Source: a virus (Duplodnaviria > Heunggongvirae > Uroviricota > Caudoviricetes). Taken from it: a stretch of DNA of 64,000 nt. This document shows, piece by piece, positions 18,104 through 28,165 of this stretch (position 1 is its first letter; each line of letters opens with the position of its first letter). Where the stretch lies: IMG/VR virus record IMGVR_UViG_3300032007_000057, positions 1 to 64,000 of that record; one strand, 5' to 3'. The notes below the pieces were generated by a model, which saw only the letters and a program-made list of their open reading frames with translations, made no database searches and was not told the origin of the DNA. The position numbers were made by a program, and so were the translations under genes.

Positions 18104-20683
18104 TTATAAGGTGATTAGTTGGTCTGTTACAACTAATTCTGTTGGTTTAATTATAGTTTTAACATTATTTCTCATTACTACCAAACTATGATCTTCAGTT
18201 ACAGTGACTGTTTTTCCAGATTCAGTAGTAATCTTATACAGTTTCTTATTAGTTTTATGCTTCATCAGATACCTTGGGAAATAAAGTCTGTCATCATATC
18301 CAAGTACGCATTTATTAGGATTCTGAATATAATTTTTTCCGAGATAATGCCACACTTTATTATCCGAAGCACACATATCCCAAAGTTCTTTAATAGTTAT
18401 ATTACCTTTACCAGTTCTGATTAAAGAATCTCCAGTAACTGAATCTCCATAAATTACATTTGGTAGAGCTTGTTCTGATTGGTAATCCCAATCAAAAGGA
18501 ATATCTACATGGTCAAATTTATTAGATTTATTTTGAATCATTTGATTAATGCAATTATTAGCAACTACTGCGGCGATTTTAGCAATTTCTCTACCAGTAG
18601 AAGTAATACTTCTGGCAACCTCATAATCATACAATCTGAATCTAATATTGGACTGACCACCATAAAGAGAATTAGTAATGATCTTAACTGTTTTCTGCAT
18701 AGTATCATATCTGTCAACTAGCATTTGGTCTTTACCAATATTATCCTTCATAAGATCTTTATACTCTTTTCTCTTTTTAATGAGCATATCTACAATATCA
18801 TAAAGAACTGACTGCTTATCTTCATGCTTCTTAAAGATAGTGCCAATCTGGGTAATAATATACCCATTCTTAAGCATTCTTTCATGAAAACTTTTAGCAG
18901 ACAATTTATACAATCTCTCAATACCTTGAACTTTCAAATACAAACTTACATCTGTATTGGAATTAACAAATTCTTCTTTATTAAAGATATATTGTCTAGC
19001 AGTATCTGTATCAACTTTTCCTACATAGGTATCTGCACTAATGTTATATCTTGCCATAATGTATGGATAAAGAGAAGTAAGATCCAAATCACCCAACCAA
19101 TCATGTACACCGCTAATTGGTTCTCTAACATAAGCACCCGCAAACTTTTTCTTCTCAATTCCAGCTTTAACAATTTTGGCTACTTTATCTCTATCCATAA
19201 GATACTCATAAAGAATCCCATCACAAATATGTAGAGTAGTATAAATACTATCCCATGAGATATTAGCCAACTGGACTATACTAAAATTAAGGTCAATATA
19301 CTTCAACTTTTCATCCAATTTTCTTACAAGATGAACGTCGTTAATATTGTATGCAATAAACCTTTCAGGTTCTTCCCTAAAGATTTTATCCATGCCATCT
19401 TCAGTATCAAGTTTAGTAATACCCAACTCAATTTTAGAAATAGTTCCAAGCTTATAATTCTCTTTTTTACCAAGAGTTCTTTCCTTATAGCATCTTTGAT
19501 AATCAAGTGCTACAGAATAACCAATATGAGGAATACAATAAGTAACTTCCTCTTCATGTTTATTCATAACTGTTTTATATTCAATTTCAAAAGTTTTATT
19601 ATGAGCCAGTTTAGGATGTTCAATTCCTAAAAATTCTGCTCTATACTTAATATAAGGTAAATCAAATTCATCACTATTCCACCCAGATACTAGATCTGGA
19701 TCAAATTCTTTCAATAAACTGAAGAACTTAAGGAACATATCACTTTCTTTATCAAAGATTTCTACATTGAAAATACACTCATCTTTGTAATCAAGATATT
19801 CCTTAATTTGTTCAGTATTAATTTTAGCTTTGTTTAAATTATAGACCAAAGTATAATATTTGTCAGTATAATTATCATACAAAGTAATCAAGTTAACGGG
19901 AATAACTCTAGCTGACTTCTTAATATCAGCAAAGTCAATAATACCATATCCTTCTTGATACAACTCAATATCAACATAATTTACTCTAAGTTTATAATGA
20001 CCAAGATTATCTTTGTTTTCTTTTTTCCAAAGATAATTCTTATGAATAGCCAAATTAAAATCTACATTATAAATAGCTTTATAAGAAGATTCTGACTGAA
20101 TTTGTTCAATAATGTATTTTCTTTTACCATAATGTACCAGTTCACCTTTTAATCCTGCAATATCATGAACATCTAAATAATCATCTTTACCGGTATACAT
20201 CATAACCATATCATCAGTCTGAGTAATATATCTTTTATCACCAACTCTAATAACATATGCAAATTCCTTATTCACATAGTCTGAATAGAAGTTAAACAGC
20301 ATAGGCTTAGAATACCCATCAGTTGGCTTAGAATCTTCTTTCTCTTTAGAGCTATACAATTTATATTTACTCTTTTTATTAATAACTACATCAGTTTCTT
20401 TCTTTTTAGGTTTTTCTTCAATTTTGGGAAACACGGGTTTAACAGGAATATAATTAAACTTATAAATAGTGTTATACTTCTTATGTACTTTAGCAATATC
20501 TTCAATAGAATACTTATACGCATAAGGATTATTGAAAAGCTGATTCAATACAATAGATGTTTCAAAATCTTCTTCAGCTAAACTTAAAATAGAGGAAATC
20601 TTAAGAGACTTACATTCCTCTGGAAATGGCACATTTCCTTCAGTAGCTAACCATCTTATATATGTAGTTAGTGGTGAAGCCAT
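18104..20683 (-). CDS. DNA polymerase B N-terminal fragment (exonuclease plus pol motifs A and B) fused to a split-intein N-half (IntN, about 112 aa)
   Basis: Exo I VDIEL, motif A DLTSLYPYIM, motif B KIITNSLYGGQSN, then motif C cut at ...VIYGD|SVTGDSLIRTGKGNITIKELWD (intein block A with Ser1). Intein block B VTEDHSLVV follows. The ORF ends at the intein-half boundary. Confidence 0.85.
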   Translation of the reverse strand: MASPLTTYIRWLATEGNVPFPEECKSLKISSILSLAEEDFETSIVLNQLFNNPYAYKYSIEDIAKVHKKYNTIYKFNYIPVKPVFPKIEEKPKKKETDVVINKKSKYKLYSSKEKEDSKPTDGYSKPMLFNFYSDYVNKEFAYVIRVGDKRYITQTDDMVMMYTGKDDYLDVHDIAGLKGELVHYGKRKYIIEQIQSESSYKAIYNVDFNLAIHKNYLWKKENKDNLGHYKLRVNYVDIELYQEGYGIIDFADIKKSARVIPVNLITLYDNYTDKYYTLVYNLNKAKINTEQIKEYLDYKDECIFNVEIFDKESDMFLKFFSLLKEFDPDLVSGWNSDEFDLPYIKYRAEFLGIEHPKLAHNKTFEIEYKTVMNKHEEEVTYCIPHIGYSVALDYQRCYKERTLGKKENYKLGTISKIELGITKLDTEDGMDKIFREEPERFIAYNINDVHLVRKLDEKLKYIDLNFSIVQLANISWDSIYTTLHICDGILYEYLMDRDKVAKIVKAGIEKKKFAGAYVREPISGVHDWLGDLDLTSLYPYIMARYNISADTYVGKVDTDTARQYIFNKEEFVNSNTDVSLYLKVQGIERLYKLSAKSFHERMLKNGYIITQIGTIFKKHEDKQSVLYDIVDMLIKKRKEYKDLMKDNIGKDQMLVDRYDTMQKTVKIITNSLYGGQSNIRFRLYDYEVARSITSTGREIAKIAAVVANNCINQMIQNKSNKFDHVDIPFDWDYQSEQALPNVIYGDSVTGDSLIRTGKGNITIKELWDMCASDNKVWHYLGKNYIQNPNKCVLGYDDRLYFPRYLMKHKTNKKLYKITTESGKTVTVTEDHSLVVMRNNVKTIIKPTELVVTDQLITL

Positions 20684-20703
20684 CTTAGATTTCCTCCCTT
20701 GGA

Positions 20704-22086
20704 TTATTTATTACAAAACTTAATCAATTTATCTACATCATCAATACAGTTCAATTGAACTTGCATACACCCATCAATACTATGGTCATTAATTTCACCA
20801 TAATACTTTTGTCGTATCTTTCTCATATCAACTGTTTTTTGATAAGAAGAATTCACAATATCGATAAGCATAACTTTCTTATTAGGTTCTTTATTGTAAA
20901 CTCTTGCAACTCTGCCAATAGCCTGAATAAGACCATTCTTAGCAGTCAATGGAGTAGCAAAAATTAAAGTATTAAGTCTTGGAACATCCATACCTACTTT
21001 GAACATTCCTAAAGTAGCTAGGATACATCTTTTATCATAATCTTTATTTTTAACTGTACCATGGACTATGCTAATCTCTTCAGGATATTTGGAGAATTGT
21101 GCAATGCTATACAATATATTGATTTGGCTTGAAAGAACTAATGGTTCTCTTCCCTGCTCTAAGCATTTATCTACTATAACCGCAATAGACCGCAAGTACT
21201 CTTCTTTTTTAGATAGAAACTTAGCATATTTAGCACTCCAAGCGGAAGCACTACCATACTCTAAATATCTACCATATCCACCCATCTTAATTGGGATATC
21301 TAAAAGACCTGCATAAATTGGAAGTACAAACCATTGCCCATCATCATAAATAGTTTTGCCCATATTCCAAATAAGGATTGGCGCTAAGCTATCCCTTCTA
21401 ATTAGTGTTGCACTCAGACCATACATTCTTTTACTGAATACTGTTTTAGTAGATTCACTAAATTCAGCAGAGGATGCAGTGATATGACATTCATCATAAA
21501 AGGTGACTCCAAAGTTTCCGTCATACATCATGTTGAAGAAGTCTTGGTCATCTCTTTTAACTCTAGACAATAATGTTTGAACTGTAGTAAGATAAATAGG
21601 TTTATCAATTACTTTTGTCTTAGAATTGAGATACCCGATATCTTCTTCTTTAAGATCAGTGTATCTCAATATGGAGTTTTTCCACTGATCCATGAGGCCG
21701 TCTTCTGTAGATACATGAACTACAATAAGAGTACGCTTCTTAATCTTAGTAATACTATTCACAGCCACATAAGTTTTTCCAAATCCGACTCTGGCAGAAA
21801 CTAATCCATGAACATTTTCTACTATAGCATTAATCGCATTCTCTTGTTGCTCATTCAAAGGTTTAAACTCAGGCTTAAGATTAATTTCAATATCCTCACC
21901 ATCAGTACTGAGGTCTTCAACATCTTTGACTTGCTTGAAGTAACGTGGAATCCGATAATATTTTTTACCGGATACTTCAATCTCATCAAAACACTTGATG
22001 TCTCCTTCATCAGTAGCTATAGTGAGTGTATTTTTATCAAACTCAGTCAAGTCTTCTACATACATACGACCTTTAATAAATGCCAT
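20704..22086 (-). CDS. SF2 DExH-box helicase
   Basis: Walker A VGFGKTYVA, DExH box FYDECH, and C-terminal helicase-domain motifs. Confidence 0.6.
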   Translation of the reverse strand: MAFIKGRMYVEDLTEFDKNTLTIATDEGDIKCFDEIEVSGKKYYRIPRYFKQVKDVEDLSTDGEDIEINLKPEFKPLNEQQENAINAIVENVHGLVSARVGFGKTYVAVNSITKIKKRTLIVVHVSTEDGLMDQWKNSILRYTDLKEEDIGYLNSKTKVIDKPIYLTTVQTLLSRVKRDDQDFFNMMYDGNFGVTFYDECHITASSAEFSESTKTVFSKRMYGLSATLIRRDSLAPILIWNMGKTIYDDGQWFVLPIYAGLLDIPIKMGGYGRYLEYGSASAWSAKYAKFLSKKEEYLRSIAVIVDKCLEQGREPLVLSSQINILYSIAQFSKYPEEISIVHGTVKNKDYDKRCILATLGMFKVGMDVPRLNTLIFATPLTAKNGLIQAIGRVARVYNKEPNKKVMLIDIVNSSYQKTVDMRKIRQKYYGEINDHSIDGCMQVQLNCIDDVDKLIKFCNK

Positions 22087-22119
22087 ACCACTGCCCCTCC
22101 TATCAGATCTGATATAAAG

Positions 22120-22148
22120 AGTATAGCAGACTAAAAAGAATTTGTCAA
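22120..22148 (-). promoter_or_regulatory. Sigma70-like promoter (TTGACA-17-TATACT) for the SF2 helicase
   Basis: Minus-strand TTGACA, 17 nt, TATACT, then AGGAGG SD and ATG at 22086. Confidence 0.55.
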
Positions 22149-22155
22149 TATATTC

Positions 22156-22464
22156 TCATAGAATATAATAATCGTCTTTTTGAATCTCTGGGACTGTTCC
22201 ATACTTCTTTAAATAGAACTCATAGGTATCCTTAGACAACCTAGTCTCAAACCCATAGAATGTTGGGGTTCTAAAAAACTTTATTCCCTTTAAAGCAGTT
22301 GCACTATCTTCCAAATATTCAGTACCAAAGGCATCATATACTTTATTTTTACTTAAAGATAACTCTTCTACTCTTTGACCTAATTCATTTACATAATTTA
22401 CTAATTCAGTTAAGTCTAATTCTTGTACTTCTTGAGTAGTATCATCCATAATAGCTAAAACCAA
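22156..22464 (-). CDS. Hypothetical protein (102 aa)
   Basis: ORF. Confidence 0.45.
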   Translation of the reverse strand: MVLAIMDDTTQEVQELDLTELVNYVNELGQRVEELSLSKNKVYDAFGTEYLEDSATALKGIKFFRTPTFYGFETRLSKDTYEFYLKKYGTVPEIQKDDYYIL

Positions 22465-22969
22465 GATAAATCAGGATACATACAAGAATAATCCCAATAG
22501 TCCACATAGTAATACTATAGATATAATCACTCAGTTTAAAATCACCGTATTCATCTTCTGAGCTACTATCAAAGGCTTCAGCATTATCCAAAATAACAGT
22601 CTTAACATAATCATATCTTTGATCTCTTAATCTGGATTCTGCATAATCCTCCTGAATATCATTAGGATCACCATAATACTTAGACAATTTCTTCATAATA
22701 AACTGCCTAAACTTTTTACTATAGATAGTGTTCTTTACACCAATTACAAGATCTTTATAAAGATGCTCCATATCTTCTTTAGTAAAAGTATCTTTAATCT
22801 TAGCAATTTTACTCATAAGTGCTGTAGTAGATCTTTCTACACCAGTATAATCTTTCATTTCATTAGAAATCTCTTTCCAAGATTTCTCATCTTTAATAAT
22901 ATAATAGAACTTAAGTAGAGTTACTTCTTCTTCAGTCCACAGCTGGTTCTGATTCTTTTCCATACGCAT
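22442..22969 (-). CDS. Hypothetical protein with C-terminal TM helix (175 aa)
   Basis: ORF. C-terminal hydrophobic stretch. Confidence 0.45.
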   Translation of the reverse strand: MRMEKNQNQLWTEEEVTLLKFYYIIKDEKSWKEISNEMKDYTGVERSTTALMSKIAKIKDTFTKEDMEHLYKDLVIGVKNTIYSKKFRQFIMKKLSKYYGDPNDIQEDYAESRLRDQRYDYVKTVILDNAEAFDSSSEDEYGDFKLSDYIYSITMWTIGIILVCILIYLGFSYYG

Positions 22970-23378
22970 TCAACTCCTCCAAAAGATTTTGGTAAATCAA
23001 TAATGCCGAAAAAGTAGATAATTTATCTTCTTCGCTTTCATAATCATAACTACTATCAAAGTTATTAATAGTGTTATTCCATCTAATTTTTAAATCATTA
23101 TCCCAAAATCTTTCATAAAGTTCTTTCCCAAGTTCTTTAGCAATTAATAATACAAAGAACTTTTTCAGATTATTAAACTCAAGATTGTTTTCTTTAAGAT
23201 ATCTAGTAAAGTACGGATTGACATTTAAAGTATTTCCAACAAGTTTAATTTGGGTATTCTTCATTGGCTTAATAAATACTTTGATATAACTTAAATCCCA
23301 ACCATACTCTTTTTTAGCGACTTTAACTACACTATTAAAAGAGCTATAGATTAATCCAGAAGACTTATAATTGATCAT
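22932..23378 (-). CDS. Hypothetical protein (148 aa)
   Basis: ORF. Confidence 0.45.
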   Translation of the reverse strand: MINYKSSGLIYSSFNSVVKVAKKEYGWDLSYIKVFIKPMKNTQIKLVGNTLNVNPYFTRYLKENNLEFNNLKKFFVLLIAKELGKELYERFWDNDLKIRWNNTINNFDSSYDYESEEDKLSTFSALLIYQNLLEELNAYGKESEPAVD

Positions 23379-24900
23379 TAGATAACCATCTCGAATCTAC
23401 TTTAACTTTATCAGTAGAAGGATCATAAGTTACATCTAAGATAAATCCACCTACTGCAGGTACATACGCTCTTCTAATAGTGTATTCATTTGGTTTAACA
23501 AAACAACCTGGAGCTACAGCATATTGAACATCACCATAATCATGAAGTTCCATTGCCTGATGAAGATGACCCATAATAAAGATATGACACTTATTATAAG
23601 TAGTATCAATTAAACCTTTAAGTTTAGTCATAGGTTCTCCAGAATAATTAGAACCATCACAGTGAACTACTCTAATAATAACACCGTGCTTATTAAAATC
23701 TGTATAGTAATCTCCACTATACTTAATATCAAACCTAACTTTAGCCAATTCAATGATAGGATGAATATTATGTTTTTTCATAATATTAACATCATGATTA
23801 CCAGCTACTATATAAGTAGAGATACCTTCATATTTAGGGTAATTCTTTACAATCCAATTGAACTGCTCCCTATATCCAACTAGATTCTGATCTTTTTCTT
23901 GATATGAATATGTAGTACTTCCATCAAAAAGATCTCCAGCATGAATTATTCTGGTAACACCTTCATCCCTACACTTCTTATAAAATCCTTTTAAAGCATC
24001 AGCATCAAACCATTTACTACCAATATGTGTATCCGAAATAATACCTAACTTAAAATGAACAATTTCTGTAGTAGAATTACTTACAGGTTCTTTATCAAGA
24101 GTAGTTTCGGGGACTGCCTCTTCAATCCAATCTTTAAGCTTAGATTGATCAGGTATATTTTCTGTAGTAGGAGTATTATCTTGTTCATTCTCGTCATGCT
24201 CCTTATCATATAAAGAGATGTACTCATCAGATACTCCTAATTTTTTCTTAATCCTTTTAATAGACTTCTTAATAGATTTCTTTCTATTTTTACTGGTCTC
24301 CGGATTATTCAATTCATATCTAAGTTCATTCAACCTATTAAATAGAATATCCTCAGATTCAGCTTTTTCTTTCTTCTCTTTTTTAGTCTTAGGAACAGGG
24401 TCAATAACTTCAATAATCTTAGGCTCAGTTGTAGTCTTATCAAGGATATTCATTTGCTCTTCAAAAAATTCTTTAGCATGAATAACCTTTACTGGTGTAG
24501 ATTCAGTATTACCTTCAACCAAATCTAAAACAGCTCTTACTGAAAAACAAGAAGTCTTTTGATCATAGAAAGAGATATGATGTTTAAATTCAATGGCTTT
24601 AACAATTTTTTCAGCAATATCTACTGGAACATTAAATAAAATAGCTATATCATTGATACTAACAACAGACCTTGGAGTACTCTTAAGATATTCCATAAAT
24701 CTACTGTCAATATCTGTATGTGTTACTGAATTCATTTTATGCCTGATAGAATCAGGGCTTCTACTTGGAAAATTTGGATAACTAATTGACCAAATAGAAC
24801 TAATATACTTAGGGGTTAGTGCATCCTCTTTTGATACCAGATCATTAAAAGATGCTAATACAGAAATTACTTCTACTTCCCATTCAGACCATTTTGTCAT
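23365..24900 (-). CDS. Two-domain protein: N-terminal unknown domain, Lys-rich linker, C-terminal calcineurin-like metallophosphoesterase (Mre11/SbcD-like)
   Basis: C-terminal motifs ISDTHIG, GDLFDG, GNHDVN, GHLHQ. Confidence 0.6.
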   Translation of the reverse strand: MTKWSEWEVEVISVLASFNDLVSKEDALTPKYISSIWSISYPNFPSRSPDSIRHKMNSVTHTDIDSRFMEYLKSTPRSVVSINDIAILFNVPVDIAEKIVKAIEFKHHISFYDQKTSCFSVRAVLDLVEGNTESTPVKVIHAKEFFEEQMNILDKTTTEPKIIEVIDPVPKTKKEKKEKAESEDILFNRLNELRYELNNPETSKNRKKSIKKSIKRIKKKLGVSDEYISLYDKEHDENEQDNTPTTENIPDQSKLKDWIEEAVPETTLDKEPVSNSTTEIVHFKLGIISDTHIGSKWFDADALKGFYKKCRDEGVTRIIHAGDLFDGSTTYSYQEKDQNLVGYREQFNWIVKNYPKYEGISTYIVAGNHDVNIMKKHNIHPIIELAKVRFDIKYSGDYYTDFNKHGVIIRVVHCDGSNYSGEPMTKLKGLIDTTYNKCHIFIMGHLHQAMELHDYGDVQYAVAPGCFVKPNEYTIRRAYVPAVGGFILDVTYDPSTDKVKVDSRWLSNDQL

Positions 24901-24921
24901 TAATTATCAAACCCTTCCAAA

Positions 24922-25494
24922 TTATTTCATAAAGTAATTAATATAAATACCAATAGATATATAGCCAAGAATTACACAACTCATTACTAATGTACCAATT
25001 TTCCACAAAGTAAGACTATCTTCCAAATGTCTAATCTGATGATGAAGCTTTGCAATGGTATCTTCCAGATGATCAGTTTTTCTCTTAATCTCAACTGGTG
25101 GCTCGATATCTTTATCCTTACCATCATTCATAACCTTTCTAATAGTTTCTGCCATCCAACGAAGTTCTTTTTCTTCTTCAGGAGTAGTAACTGTAATAGG
25201 AATTTTTTCACCCAAATGATTCATAGCAGTATCTTCAGCATCATCATTCTTTTTCCTAAAATTCTTACCCTCCACTTCATCCCAAATCCATGATTTCTTA
25301 TCCTTAATTTTATCATCAAGTCTTTTAAGCTCAATAGGGCCAGTCGAAGTCGAATCTGGGTTTGCTTTAATATCCAAATGAACCTTTGTAACTGGGGGAT
25401 GATTATTATCAACAATAAACCCATTAGTTACAGTAGCTGTAACTAAGCTATCATCATAAACTTCTTTATAATTATATTGTTCAATACTAGACAT
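24922..25494 (-). CDS. Hypothetical protein with C-terminal TM anchor (190 aa)
   Basis: ORF. A perfect promoter lies upstream. Confidence 0.45.
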   Translation of the reverse strand: MSSIEQYNYKEVYDDSLVTATVTNGFIVDNNHPPVTKVHLDIKANPDSTSTGPIELKRLDDKIKDKKSWIWDEVEGKNFRKKNDDAEDTAMNHLGEKIPITVTTPEEEKELRWMAETIRKVMNDGKDKDIEPPVEIKRKTDHLEDTIAKLHHQIRHLEDSLTLWKIGTLVMSCVILGYISIGIYINYFMK

Positions 25495-25528
25495 AAAAAT
25501 CCTCCTTAGATATTTAATCTATAGGAGG

Positions 25529-25557
25529 ATTCTAGCACATCTGTAAGTTCTTGTCAA
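25529..25557 (-). promoter_or_regulatory. Sigma70-like promoter (TTGACA-17-TAGAAT)
   Basis: Minus-strand TTGACA, 17 nt, TAGAAT, then AAGGAGG SD and ATG at 25494. Confidence 0.55.
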
Positions 25558-25575
25558 TACTGTTTATGCAGATCT

Positions 25576-25827
25576 TTATATAATCTTTATAATATCTGTG
25601 GTTGTACCACTAAATATAAAATACATAATATCTGTTCCTTCAATGTATGTTACCCCATAGCCAATTTCAACATCTCTATACCCCAGGCTATTATGCATAG
25701 CTCTCAATCTTCTTAAATCTTTAATATATACATCATATGCTTCATGAAATGTTTGATAAAATACTGGACATACCGATTCAAAATACAATTTGTCTTTGCC
25801 TGATGCAGTAAACTTAATTATATTCAT
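25576..25827 (-). CDS. Hypothetical small protein (83 aa)
   Basis: One of ten tightly packed small minus-strand ORFs between 25576 and 28504, a typical early/moron cluster. Confidence 0.4.
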   Translation of the reverse strand: MNIIKFTASGKDKLYFESVCPVFYQTFHEAYDVYIKDLRRLRAMHNSLGYRDVEIGYGVTYIEGTDIMYFIFSGTTTDIIKII

Positions 25828-26054
25828 TTTATACTCCTTTTATTTAGAAAATGTATTACATCAACGCTCCAACTATATCCATCACGAGTCAACTCTAAAA
25901 TACATCCTTTCATAGAATCATCCTCAATAGTTAAAACGCAACTAGGATATTCCTCAAAGGAGTTAACGTATTCAATAGCCTCATAAAGAACCTTCAGACT
26001 ATCACCTTGCGCATAATACTTATCTGAATTTACTACACCTTTAATTGTAATCAT
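25824..26054 (-). CDS. Hypothetical small protein (76 aa)
   Basis: As above. 4-nt overlaps suggest translational coupling. Confidence 0.4.
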   Translation of the reverse strand: MITIKGVVNSDKYYAQGDSLKVLYEAIEYVNSFEEYPSCVLTIEDDSMKGCILELTRDGYSWSVDVIHFLNKRSIK

Positions 26055-26536
26055 TTCAATCCTAAGCTCCTACAAATCATATTAGCAAAATACTCACAAC
26101 AAGTTTCCTCATTAATAACACTACCTGCACTTCCATTAAGACTATCTAAATAAAGACTATGAAAAGATTTATCATTATTAGCCTTATTATAGATATTTGC
26201 CTTGTCTTTCTCTTTCCAATGATTCTTATACAATTCTTTGGCTACCTGATATCCAATAATAAAGGTAAACCATTTCTCTGGAGGCATATCTAAACCAAAG
26301 TAATTAAGTACTTCAGTATAATTAGGATTAATATATATTATACCATTTTCCCCCCAAGAAGATGCCCATATCTGGTCCTTTTTCTGAACTGGTTTTCCAT
26401 TAGTATAATGTGCATTAGAATCTACTACAGGTTTCATATAAGATACATTATACCCAAACTTATTAACTGCATTTATAACATTATTAAAACAATCATTAAC
26501 TAAAGTATATACATCCTTCATAATATATCCCTCCAA
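26051..26536 (-). CDS. Hypothetical protein (161 aa)
   Basis: ORF. Confidence 0.45.
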   Translation of the reverse strand: MEGYIMKDVYTLVNDCFNNVINAVNKFGYNVSYMKPVVDSNAHYTNGKPVQKKDQIWASSWGENGIIYINPNYTEVLNYFGLDMPPEKWFTFIIGYQVAKELYKNHWKEKDKANIYNKANNDKSFHSLYLDSLNGSAGSVINEETCCEYFANMICRSLGLK

Positions 26537-26540
26537 ATAT

Positions 26541-26777
26541 TTAAATTATATCGATCTTTATAGATGTTAAAAAATTTAATGTCAATTGATAATTATCATA
26601 CCTATAGACATAATCTGGCCACGGTGAAGGATAAATTTTAGATATCTTCCGTAATATAATTGATTCATAAAATTTATATTCAAAATTGTTTTGAGCTAAA
26701 TGCATAGTTGCTAATTGATATGACTCGAATAAGCTGCATATAACCAAATTCACGAAAATTTGACTCCTTTTAAACAA
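26541..26777 (-). CDS. Hypothetical small protein (78 aa)
   Basis: ORF. Confidence 0.35.
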   Translation of the reverse strand: MFKRSQIFVNLVICSLFESYQLATMHLAQNNFEYKFYESIILRKISKIYPSPWPDYVYRYDNYQLTLNFLTSIKIDII

Positions 26778-27015
26778 AATTAATCTCTAATCTACTAACT
26801 AAATCAGTAGGCAATTCAAAAACATTAATCATACCGTTTTTTATATGCTGATTTAAAATCTCTTCGGTAGTATAGCCTTTACTAAAACCTATAGATTCAT
26901 AACCAAACTCATTCGATACTTTTTTATACAGTTTTTTTAATTTTAAAGGATAGGTGCTTTTTCCGGAATCATATACTTCTAAACCCGAGTCATATCTTGT
27001 AAAGGTATCCCACAT
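26770..27015 (-). CDS. Hypothetical small protein (81 aa)
   Basis: ORF. Confidence 0.4.
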   Translation of the reverse strand: MWDTFTRYDSGLEVYDSGKSTYPLKLKKLYKKVSNEFGYESIGFSKGYTTEEILNQHIKNGMINVFELPTDLVSRLEINFV

Positions 27016-27017
27016 GT

Positions 27018-27362
27018 TTATACCACCTTTATAAAGTCTTTTCTTACATCTTTCTTAATGACATAATCTCTTTCAATAGTCCAGCATTTTCTTTTTTTAA
27101 AATACTTATAGCATTTAAATCCTCTAATCATAATACCTATGTCTTTAGTAATGAGACCTTCTCTATGATACAAGTTTCTCCAATCAGTTATCTTCAAATT
27201 ATAATCGTTATATAATTCATAAACTGAATCAAAATTACTTATAAAGTTCTTAATGCCAAGAAATATAATACTTGTATCATACCTATTATGCCAATGAATA
27301 CTACCAGGTTCTTCAGTAACATCATATAAACTAACTTTAATAACAGTGTAATTATCAATCAT
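27018..27362 (-). CDS. Hypothetical protein (114 aa)
   Basis: ORF. Confidence 0.4.
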   Translation of the reverse strand: MIDNYTVIKVSLYDVTEEPGSIHWHNRYDTSIIFLGIKNFISNFDSVYELYNDYNLKITDWRNLYHREGLITKDIGIMIRGFKCYKYFKKRKCWTIERDYVIKKDVRKDFIKVV

Positions 27363-27384
27363 ATTAATTCATCAACCCTTCTTA

Positions 27385-27747
27385 TCATATAACAGCTATA
27401 ATTTCATCATTAGTTTGTTTTACAGCTGTAATAAATAAAATCATAGATGTTGTTTTCATTGTGCTATACATCAATGTAATACTAAATGACTTATTAATAG
27501 AGTCCTCATATAGAAGCTGTTTAAATACATCTGAAATTACTGTATTATAAAACATATCATTCTTAAACATCCCATTATCTACTGCATTACAAATAGATTT
27601 TAGATTTTTCAATTTAGTCCTAATATATCTAGTCTTATAAATAGCATTTCTATTACTAAACTCAGATATTGTTATGTTAATAGAATACATTACTATATAA
27701 CCTCTATCATTATATTTGGAACATCTCCTACAATCATATACTCCCAC
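27385..27747 (-). CDS. Hypothetical protein (120 aa)
   Basis: ORF. The 27693..27878 ORF overlaps it and may be a separate small gene. Confidence 0.4.
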   Translation of the reverse strand: MGVYDCRRCSKYNDRGYIVMYSINITISEFSNRNAIYKTRYIRTKLKNLKSICNAVDNGMFKNDMFYNTVISDVFKQLLYEDSINKSFSITLMYSTMKTTSMILFITAVKQTNDEIIAVI

Positions 27748-27879
27748 AGTCCTAGCATTATTTTATTATTAAGGCTAATCCAATAATGCTTACTCTCAAC
27801 TCTATCATCTGGAATCCAGGTATATGACTTATATATCACAGTTTCATTGTATTTAACCTGCCATTCATTAATAAGCATA

Positions 27880-28164
27880 TCAAATCACCTTGATATAATC
27901 CTTAGACTCTTTAAAATCAATTTTTTCAGCATATACTTTTAACTGCCATTTAGGACTTGTATTACTAACCACCTTGCTAAGTTCAATATAACTCTTTCCA
28001 CGAGTCTGGTAAGCTAATGGAAAATTCTTATATATCATCATATATGGATATGTTATAGTTTCTACTGAAGAATTCTTAGTTCTTTTAAAAAATAAAGCAT
28101 TATTATAATACGGACTAATTTTTTCATAATATAAACATGTAGAAATCAAATAATACCTTTTCAT
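27880..28164 (-). CDS. Hypothetical protein (94 aa), tandem paralogue of 28166..28504
   Basis: Shares MKRYY...FFKRT..SS...IT.PY..IY......Y......Y.......P......AKID...SK.YIKVI with the upstream neighbour. Confidence 0.45.
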   Translation of the reverse strand: MKRYYLISTCLYYEKISPYYNNALFFKRTKNSSVETITYPYMMIYKNFPLAYQTRGKSYIELSKVVSNTSPKWQLKVYAEKIDFKESKDYIKVI

Positions 28165-28165
28165 A

